Source: Alphaproteobacteria bacterium (GTDB lineage Bacteria > Pseudomonadota > Alphaproteobacteria > SP197). Taken from it: a DNA stretch of 64,000 nucleotides. The position numbers were made by a program, and so were the translations under genes. The notes under the pieces are model-generated. The model was given only the letters and a program-made list of their open reading frames with translations. It made no database searches and was not told the origin of the DNA. Shown here one piece after another: positions 56,702 through 64,000 of this stretch. Position 1 is the first letter of the stretch. Each line of letters starts with the position of its first letter. Where the stretch lies: NCBI GenBank assembly GCA_965228895.1, contig OZ245842.1, positions 448,001 through 512,000 on the forward strand, read 5' to 3'.

Positions 56702-57607
56702 TCAGCTCCTCGACACCTTGAGCCAACGGCTGAACAACAAAACACCAATAATCACCACGCCCATCATGATGAAGCTCAAGGCCGCAGCCTGTGGCGTGTT
56801 CGCCATACGCCCGACCTGCAGTACGATTGTTTGCGGCATTAACAATTCGTTGCTGCCACCAATGATCTGCGGCGTGACGTAGTCGCCGATGGCGAGCACG
56901 AAGGTGAGGAACACACCGACCATTACGCCCGGGATGCTCATCGGTAGAACGACTTCGAGGAACACCCGGAAGGTGCCCGCACCCAGATCACGGGCCGCGC
57001 GAATGATGTTTTTGGGGATCAGGCGCATGCTGACATAGATCGTCAGCGTCATGATCATGACGAAGTAATGAACGAAAACGATCAAGACCCCGGCGCGACT
57101 GTTCACCAGGGTCAATGGTTCGCTGATCAGGCCGATGTCGAGCAGGGCGCGGTTGAACAGGCCGCGTTCCGACAGCAGCAACAGCCAGCTATAGGTGCGC
57201 ACGACATAGGATGTCCAAAACGGCAGGACGGCGAGAACAAGGGCGGCAATCTGCCAACGTCTGGGGACGATGAAGGCAATCGTCGCGGCCAAGGCGTACG
57301 CTAAGGGAAGACTGATGACGATCGTCGCGACGGTCAGCTCGAGAGAATTGACCAGGGATCCGATCAGGTAGTCTTTTTCGAAGAACTTCTCGTAGTTCGC
57401 GATCGTCGGATCCGGCAGGATCTTGCCCGACGACCGCTTCAACAGGCTGTGCCACGTCATCAGCGCAATCGGCACGATGAAGAAAATGGCGGCAAAGATA
57501 AGCGCGGGGAGCGCATAGGCCCACCCGCGCCGCGCATCGGATGACAAGAGCGCGCGCCGACTGGCCGTGTCGGCCGCGGAAGTCGTCTCGGTCGTGGTCA
57601 TCGCCAC
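56702..57607 (-). CDS. PotB-like ABC permease
   Basis: LPFWTSYVVRTYSW, RAARDLGA, GDYVTP. Confidence 0.9.
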   Translation of the reverse strand: MAMTTTETTSAADTASRRALLSSDARRGWAYALPALIFAAIFFIVPIALMTWHSLLKRSSGKILPDPTIANYEKFFEKDYLIGSLVNSLELTVATIVISLPLAYALAATIAFIVPRRWQIAALVLAVLPFWTSYVVRTYSWLLLLSERGLFNRALLDIGLISEPLTLVNSRAGVLIVFVHYFVMIMTLTIYVSMRLIPKNIIRAARDLGAGTFRVFLEVVLPMSIPGVMVGVFLTFVLAIGDYVTPQIIGGSNELLMPQTIVLQVGRMANTPQAAALSFIMMGVVIIGVLLFSRWLKVSRS

Positions 57608-57646
57608 GCGCTCACGTCTGAGAGGCTGTCATTCCGTGACCCGATA

Positions 57647-58714
57647 CTAGTGGGCCAGGAACTCCGTCCACAGTTCGAGCATCGCCTCATCGAGCTCCGG
57701 ATCGACGGCGCCATAGTCATAGGTGTTGCTCAGGTAGGCGTCGATTTCAGCCCAACGCAAACTGCTTTTCTGTTCATCCGTCAACGCCGCCTTGGCGTTA
57801 ACCGGCATGGCGTTGTAGCAACTTGCCATGGCGACCCGGGCCTGGCCTTCGGGGCTCATCAGATACTGGGCGAACTTCAGCGCGAGGTCCTGCTTTTCGG
57901 AGTCCTTGAAGATGCCTACTGACTGGCTCCAGCGCAGGCCACCCTCAACCGGCGTTCCCCAGTCGAGATAGGGTTTCTCGCCTTGCAGCGGCGCGACGAA
58001 CTCGGCGACGCCGACCAGCACATCGACGTCGCCCGCCGCAAGCGCCGTTTGCGTCGCGACGATGTCGCCGACGAGTTTCGTGTTGTCCTTCAATGCGAAC
58101 AGATCCTCGCGGACCACATCGAGGGAGGCCATATCGAAGTCGTTGGGGTTGATGCCGTGGCGAAGGCCGAGTGTCTTGATCACCGGCAGATAATAGTCAT
58201 AGACGCCGACGCGGCCCTCCATCTCCGGATCGAGCAGGATATCGAGAGACAGCGAGCCGTCGGATCCAACGGTACGGCTGTCGAAGGCGAGCGTGTTAAA
58301 GCCGAACTTTTCCGGTACCGCCCAGAGCGTGCCACCGGACTCGTGAAGGTGCGGGGTTTCGGCGCCGTCGAAGATATCGTCGTAAGGGAAGTCTGCTTTG
58401 TTGAGAGGCTGCAACCATCCGGCTTCGCCCATGCGCAAGACATCGGCACTGTCGACGACAATGACATCCCAGTCGCCGGGCTGCGACTGCTCCAGGATCG
58501 AGATGGCCGCGCCCGTCAGCTCGTAGACCTTGACATTGACCTTGACGTCATGGGCTTCCTCGAACGGCCGAATGATGTTCGGATCGTCGTGATCGCACCA
58601 CGTCATGAAGTTCAGTTCTTCGGCGGCATTGGCGCTGCCTACAGCGAAGCTCAGGCCCGTTGCAACTGTAATGGCCGATGTGCCTTTTAGAATGTCCCGT
58701 TTCGTGAGTTTCAT
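57647..58714 (-). CDS. PotD/PotF-like substrate-binding protein (Tat-like signal)
   Basis: TKRDILK, FMTW, PFEEAH, PVEG; GGAGG RBS. Confidence 0.87.
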   Translation of the reverse strand: MKLTKRDILKGTSAITVATGLSFAVGSANAAEELNFMTWCDHDDPNIIRPFEEAHDVKVNVKVYELTGAAISILEQSQPGDWDVIVVDSADVLRMGEAGWLQPLNKADFPYDDIFDGAETPHLHESGGTLWAVPEKFGFNTLAFDSRTVGSDGSLSLDILLDPEMEGRVGVYDYYLPVIKTLGLRHGINPNDFDMASLDVVREDLFALKDNTKLVGDIVATQTALAAGDVDVLVGVAEFVAPLQGEKPYLDWGTPVEGGLRWSQSVGIFKDSEKQDLALKFAQYLMSPEGQARVAMASCYNAMPVNAKAALTDEQKSSLRWAEIDAYLSNTYDYGAVDPELDEAMLELWTEFLAH

Positions 58715-58766
58715 TGAACCCTCCCTTGTTATGGTTTCGGTTATCAGCCAGGCCGGTCTGGGCCTG

Positions 58767-59795
58767 TTACTGCAGGTAGTTCATGGCTGGATTGCCCCGC
58801 GGAAACTTTTTCAGCCAGTGCAGGTATTCGACGAATTGTTTGTCTTCCTTGATCAGGAAGCCCGGCGCGAAGTGCAGTTTGTTGAGGATGGGTAGATCCT
58901 GCGCAATGAAGCGGACCTCCATGTCCATAATCGCTTCGGCCTTGTAGCGCGCCAACTTTTCAGCTTCTGCGGTGCCGTCGCCCTTGGGCACCAGAATCTG
59001 CATGTAGAACTCCATCTCCTGGGGGCCGGGCTGACCCATCGGATTGAGCATGGTGTACCAGTACCCGTCGAGCGTGCCCTGTTGGGTATAGAAGTTCGTG
59101 CCGTGGATCTCGATGCGGTACGTCGTGGCTTCACCAAGCCAATGCTTGCCAACAAACGTGAATCCGCACCAATGGTCTTCCCAGTCGATATCGGTTTCGG
59201 GCGCATCGTCGGACGAATGAAAGTCGTGCAGGGTGGCGAAGTGCTGCCAGTCAAAAGCGTTCGCCGTAATCATTTCGGGGTCGCAGTTGATTTTGGTGAC
59301 GGGCGCTTCAATCACCATCAGTTCGTCGTCGGCGTAGTCGAGGTCCGGCAGTTCCCACGTCGCTTCTTCGCCATTGAATGCAAAGATGAGCCCCCATCGC
59401 TCGCGTGTCGGAAAGGCGAAGACCGCCGCGTTTTTCGGTGGTGCCGCGCCGATCCTGGTGCCCACACACTTGCCGTTCTCACCGTACTGCCAGCCGTGAA
59501 AGGCGCAGCGCAGGGTGTTGCCCTCGACGCATCCGCCTGACAGATCAGCCCCCATGTGAGCGCAGTACGAACTGAAGACGCGCGCCTCACCGTCTTCGCC
59601 GCGGAACACCGCGACCTGTCCGCCGAGGAACCGGCGCGCGATGACCTTGCCCGCGGCGACATCGCTCGACCGGCAAATCGGATACCAGCTTTGGCTATAC
59701 ATGCCGCCGTCGCCTTGTGCCGGAATCTTCATGATCGGCCGTGCTCTGACCGGCGCGTCCTTCGGTGCGGTTTTCTTCAGCGGGGTAACACTCAT
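58767..59795 (-). CDS. Rieske non-heme iron oxygenase, alpha subunit
   Basis: CAHMG...CAFHGW; DWQHFATLH and distal D (2-His-1-carboxylate). Confidence 0.9.
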   Translation of the reverse strand: MSVTPLKKTAPKDAPVRARPIMKIPAQGDGGMYSQSWYPICRSSDVAAGKVIARRFLGGQVAVFRGEDGEARVFSSYCAHMGADLSGGCVEGNTLRCAFHGWQYGENGKCVGTRIGAAPPKNAAVFAFPTRERWGLIFAFNGEEATWELPDLDYADDELMVIEAPVTKINCDPEMITANAFDWQHFATLHDFHSSDDAPETDIDWEDHWCGFTFVGKHWLGEATTYRIEIHGTNFYTQQGTLDGYWYTMLNPMGQPGPQEMEFYMQILVPKGDGTAEAEKLARYKAEAIMDMEVRFIAQDLPILNKLHFAPGFLIKEDKQFVEYLHWLKKFPRGNPAMNYLQ

Positions 59796-60155
59796 CGATA
59801 CGCCCTCATGGTTTGGTTTCTGGTCCAGCGACATGGTGCGGGATGCGCACGAGCCCTGGAGGCCGTTCTTCTCCAATGTCAAAACCGTAACATCGTCGCA
59901 GTTAGCGTGTTCATCTAAAGATCAAGTCCTCAGCTATACGATCACCTGGATATCTCCTAAAAACTGATGATGGACGTGGTCCATTGCGAGTCTGGCAACG
60001 CTACGGTGGTTTCTTCGAAAAAATTCCCGATACGTGGTTAGATTATTTGGCTATCATGCTGCCTGTCAGATGAACAATTGAGAAAATCGATCAAAATTTC
60101 CGATAGTCTAGATGATCATGCTATTTTAGTGATGAAGTAAAGTGATATGACCTAG

Positions 60156-61310
60156 ATGGCTCTCTCAGATGAAATCGAGATTGCGGCGCCGGAACGAGGG
60201 GCTTCCAAGCTGGCCTGGAGCGGTCTGAAGCCGTTTCGGATTGTCGGCCTTCGTGATGAAAGCGATGTGGTCAGAAGCTTTTGGCTCGCGCATGAGGACA
60301 GTGACGCGCTGCCCATGTTTTGGGCCGGTCAGTACATTCCGATCCGTTCGAAGGAGGTCGGCGGCGGCCGGCCGCTCATGCGGACCTATTCCTTGTCTGA
60401 AGCGCCGGGTAACAACCGCACGTTTCGGATTTCCATCAAGCGCGAGGAAGGTGCCCTCAACGGCATTCTGCCGCCGGGCGTGTTCTCGAATTACATGCAC
60501 AGCAGCATGACCATCGGTGACTCGCTGCTCGTGGGCGCGCCGCGCGGCAACTTCAGGCTCCAAGCGGCGGGTGACGCGCCCGTGTGCCTCTTGAGCGCGG
60601 GTGTCGGTATCACGCCGGTCTTCAGCATGCTCGCGCACCTGGTCTTGACGGACAGCCGCCGGCCGATTTGGTTCGTGCACGGCACGCGCAACGGCCGCCT
60701 TCATGCGTTCCGCGAGGAGGTGCGAGGACTGGTCTCCGACCGCCCCTGGATTCAGTCCCACATCTGCTACAGCCGACCGCTCCAGGCTGACGCACGGCAG
60801 CACTACTTCGACAGCGTCGGCCGTGTTGATCTCTCGCTCGTGCTGTCACTCGATCTGCCCGCTGAGACCCACTACTTTCTATGCGGTCCACTCGGCTTCT
60901 TGCGGGACCTGTTCCATGGTTTGCGGCGTCGCGGTGTCGACCCTTCGCGGATCCACTATGAACACTTCGGGGCAGCGATCGACTTGGCACTCGAGGCGTC
61001 GGCGTCGGACAAGACCAAGGAGCCGCCCAAGGTGCGGCCACGGCGAACCGGCGAAGAGGCGACCGTCACGTTCGCCAGGTCCGGTCTGGTGGCTCAGTGG
61101 GATGGCTCGGTTGATTCGATTCTCGAGCTGGCGGAGTCCGCGAACATCTCCGCCATGTACAGCTGCCGCTCTGGTGTCTGCCAGACCTGTTCGTGCCGCC
61201 TTCAAGAAGGCGCCGTCGAGTACTTCAACGAACCGGCGGCCGAACCCGAACCGGGCGAGGTTCTCATCTGCAGCGCCCGGCCTCGGGGCAACATCGTGAT
61301 TGATTTGTAG
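60156..61310 (+). CDS. Flavin reductase with C-terminal [2Fe-2S] domain (PDR/VanB-like)
   Basis: RTYSL, GVFS, AGVGITP, LCGP, EHF, CRSGVCQTC...C. Confidence 0.92.
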   Translation: MALSDEIEIAAPERGASKLAWSGLKPFRIVGLRDESDVVRSFWLAHEDSDALPMFWAGQYIPIRSKEVGGGRPLMRTYSLSEAPGNNRTFRISIKREEGALNGILPPGVFSNYMHSSMTIGDSLLVGAPRGNFRLQAAGDAPVCLLSAGVGITPVFSMLAHLVLTDSRRPIWFVHGTRNGRLHAFREEVRGLVSDRPWIQSHICYSRPLQADARQHYFDSVGRVDLSLVLSLDLPAETHYFLCGPLGFLRDLFHGLRRRGVDPSRIHYEHFGAAIDLALEASASDKTKEPPKVRPRRTGEEATVTFARSGLVAQWDGSVDSILELAESANISAMYSCRSGVCQTCSCRLQEGAVEYFNEPAAEPEPGEVLICSARPRGNIVIDL

Positions 61311-61325
61311 TGGAGGTAAGCCAGC

Positions 61326-61844
61326 ATGGCATTGACCGATACAAGCCCTGGATCCAGTCGCGCACGCCGAAGCCGCGATCTCGACAACAGGGATATCGTG
61401 ATCCTGCGCGAGCTGCAGGCCAACGCACGAATTTCGAATGCCGAGCTCGCGCGGCGCGTCCACTTGAGTCCGACACCTTGTCTGGAGCGCGTCAAACGCC
61501 TTGAGAACGAAGGTTTCATCGAGCGCTACACAACGCTGCTTGACCCGAAGAAGGTCAATGCCGGGCAGACGGTGTTCGTCGAAGTAACGCTCGACCGGGC
61601 GTCAGAGACCTGCTTTGCCGATTTTGCCAAAGGGATCGAGACAGTCTCGGCCGTGGCTGAATGCTTCATGGTCGCTGGTGGTTTCGACTACTTGGTGAAG
61701 ATCAGGGTCGCCGACATGGACGAGTACCGCCGCATCTTGGGCGAAGAGTTGACGACGATTCCGGGCGTCGCCCAAACCCACACCTACGTCGTCATGGAAC
61801 GTATCAAGGAATCCGTGATCATACCGTTAGGTGATCCCGCGTGA
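61326..61844 (+). CDS. Lrp/AsnC family regulator
   Basis: RISNAELARRVHLSPTPCLERVKRLE; GGFDYL; THTYVVME. Confidence 0.93.
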   Translation: MALTDTSPGSSRARRSRDLDNRDIVILRELQANARISNAELARRVHLSPTPCLERVKRLENEGFIERYTTLLDPKKVNAGQTVFVEVTLDRASETCFADFAKGIETVSAVAECFMVAGGFDYLVKIRVADMDEYRRILGEELTTIPGVAQTHTYVVMERIKESVIIPLGDPA

Positions 61845-62128
61845 TGCGGATTTGAAGTACAGTTAATCGATGGAGGAAGTGTGTGGCGACCGATGGTTCG
61901 GTACCGTTGAATTCGTCTCACGGCCTTGGGCGCTCTTCTCATTTGACGCCACGGATGCCGCAGGTTCCAAATCCTGAGTGTGAGGGCTTCCATGCAGCCG
62001 CAGCGGGGACTTGGCGGCGTTCATGGGGACACAACGTCGTACCGGTGACTGGTGATGGACGCAGGCTGCTTCATTGACGGGCCTGTCGCGTTAGTTGATC
62101 TGCCCGGCGTTGTTGGCGAAACCGCGGG

Positions 62129-63604
62129 ATGACCATGCAGACTCTACCGAACATCGTGTGGATGGTGAGCGACCATCAGCCGTTCGGCAATCGTGGTCCC
62201 GAGGCGCTGTCATTCGCCGTGCAATCCAGGTTGGCACAGGAGGGAACGCGTTTCGCTCGGGCCTACACGGTGTTGCCGGTCTGCAGCCCGGCCCGCGCCT
62301 CCATGCTGACGGGCGTCTATCCGCATCGCCACGGCCTGACCGAAAACGATGGGCGCTTTGGCGGTCGCGCCGGGCTCGACCCCGGCGACTGGCTCGTCAA
62401 CCGGTCCTTGAGCGATGCCGGTTATCGCTGTGCCTGGTTCGGCAAATGGCACCTTGATCAGCGACGCCCGGCACAAGCCTATGGTTTTGAGGGGTACTCA
62501 CTGCCGGGCTATGGCTATCCTTACGGGTCGTCCGCTTACCGGGACTATCTGAGTCGTTTGGGACTTGCTGCGCCTGTTGCCACGATCGACATGCCCGGTG
62601 AATCCGGCCGTCCGGCCGGGACCCGTATCCGACTGGCCGAGATGGACGACTGGTTCGACTACGAAGCCGGCGTCGCCCGCCTGGATGGGCCCGTCGAAGC
62701 ACACGAAGCTTACTTTATTGCGCGACTGGCATCGGACTGGATTCACGAAACCGGCGACGAGCCTTTCTTTTTGCGCGTCGATCCTTGGGGCCCTCATCCG
62801 CCTTACATGCTGTCGTCTGCCTTTTTCGGCCAATTTGACGCGAGCGATGGCCACGCGGCTCTCTCACCCAACGCGCTGGCCGCAATTGATCATCGCCCTG
62901 ACCATCATCGGGATTATCGCGACTACTGGTACAACACGCTGCAGCTGGACGGGACGGGGTGGCAGCGTATGGGTGCTGCCGCGCTCGCCCATGCCGCCCT
63001 GGTCGAAACTGCCCTGACGCATGTCTTGGACGCTATCGACGACAAAGGCATTGCCGATCGCACGCTTGTCATATTCACGGCCGATCACGGCGATGCGGTG
63101 GCGTCGAACGGCGGCGTCGCCAACAAGGGAAGCCTCATGGTTGAAGAAAGCATGCGGGTGCCCTTGTTGATCCGCGGACCGGGATTCGAACCGGGTGCCG
63201 TGTGTGACACTCTTGTCACCAATATGGATGTTGCGCCGACGATCCTGGAACTCTGTGGGTTGATCTGTGAACGAGACTTGGATGGCGAAAGCCTGGTCGG
63301 CGTGGCGCGTGGTGAGCGGACGTTCGCTCGTCGCGGTCTTATGGCAGAGCATTATGGACTGCACGAGCGCATCGTGCAGAGAGCCTACTACGACGATCAC
63401 TGGAAACTCGTGGTTCAGCAGGACGGATTTCAGGAACTGTACGATCTCGACAGCGATCCCTACGAACTGAACAATCTCGCCGACACGCGGTCGTGTGAGC
63501 CGATACTGCGAAAACTGCATGCCGGACTGGTCGCGGCAGCCGTCGCAAGCCATGACGGCGAGATCAGTCTTTTCGACGGTCTTGAAGCGGAAGGACCATC
63601 GTGA
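62129..63604 (+). CDS. Sulfatase (Cys-type, formylglycine-dependent)
   Basis: PNIV..SDH, CSPARASMLTG, GKWH, PHPP, ADHG, ELYDL..DPYE. Confidence 0.92.
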   Translation: MTMQTLPNIVWMVSDHQPFGNRGPEALSFAVQSRLAQEGTRFARAYTVLPVCSPARASMLTGVYPHRHGLTENDGRFGGRAGLDPGDWLVNRSLSDAGYRCAWFGKWHLDQRRPAQAYGFEGYSLPGYGYPYGSSAYRDYLSRLGLAAPVATIDMPGESGRPAGTRIRLAEMDDWFDYEAGVARLDGPVEAHEAYFIARLASDWIHETGDEPFFLRVDPWGPHPPYMLSSAFFGQFDASDGHAALSPNALAAIDHRPDHHRDYRDYWYNTLQLDGTGWQRMGAAALAHAALVETALTHVLDAIDDKGIADRTLVIFTADHGDAVASNGGVANKGSLMVEESMRVPLLIRGPGFEPGAVCDTLVTNMDVAPTILELCGLICERDLDGESLVGVARGERTFARRGLMAEHYGLHERIVQRAYYDDHWKLVVQQDGFQELYDLDSDPYELNNLADTRSCEPILRKLHAGLVAAAVASHDGEISLFDGLEAEGPS

Positions 63605-63750
63605 AATCTGTTGTCTTTATCGGCCTCGGCGTCATGGGGCTTCCCATGGCCAGTCATCTCCTCGCCAAGGGATTCGATGTGCTGGGCTCAGATGTCGCGA
63701 GCCCGCCGCGCGATGCGTTGGCGTCGGCGATCATGACGTCGATGCCTTGA
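63601..63750 (+). pseudogene. Truncated beta-hydroxyacid (HIBADH/6PGDH-like) dehydrogenase
   Basis: GTGA overlap with sulfatase stop; FIGLGVMGLPMASHL Rossmann start; stop after 49 aa, then AT-rich DNA. Confidence 0.75.
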
Positions 63751-64000
63751 CTTGGCCGGGTAACGCTGAATCCGTTTCAATGCATGCAGCGTACTTCTCA
63801 TTTGACCTGATGATGTATTCGCTGTCCTAATTACGTTAGTATAGATGTCCTCATATTTTAACGTCTAAATATACATACAACCCTTAGAGAAGGAATGTTG
63901 TATGTTTTTCAAATCAAGTGTGTCAGTTATTTAAATTTTGTAAATATTGTCTCCATGTGTTCAACAGTCGCACGGGCGAAGTGAATGCAAAGGTCCCGCG

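Overview
GC-rich, probably alphaproteobacterial accessory DNA built from modules. No integrase or transposase ORF, rRNA, intact tRNA or CRISPR array was seen. (1) 1-3.2 kb: end of a PotC-type ABC permease operon with an M20 hydrolase, an SDR and a VOC protein. (2) 3.4-15.3 kb: carbohydrate ABC importer, complete PTS-dependent dihydroxyacetone-kinase-type system (dhaL, dhaM, HPr, EI, convergent dhaK), an orphan HTH protein with a candidate operator, and an amidohydrolase. (3) 15.6-53.7 kb: ~38 kb copper/heavy-metal island with two P1B ATPases, multicopper oxidase CopA/CopB, cupredoxins, CopZ, a Cys-rich Cu-storage protein, two CueR plus two other MerR regulators, two Cys-tailed CorE-like ECF sigma factors, several c-type cytochromes, merF without merA, an adenylate cyclase, an orphan petA and an nhaA pseudogene. 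(4) 54-64 kb: Rieske oxygenase with PotABCD-like importer, reductase, Lrp, sulfatase and a truncated dehydrogenase at an AT-rich junction. The main unexplained structure is four same-orientation 28-bp dif-like (11-6-11) sites at module boundaries (3356, 15536, 18540, 53917). Three of them follow a conserved non-coding element with TTCCCTG palindromes and a tRNA-3'-end-like ...GGTTCG...CCRCCA tail, suggesting a cassette array assembled by site-specific recombination. Two regulons can also be read from the DNA: CueR-type 19-bp-spacer promoters and a TGTAAC-N16-CGTC ECF promoter motif.
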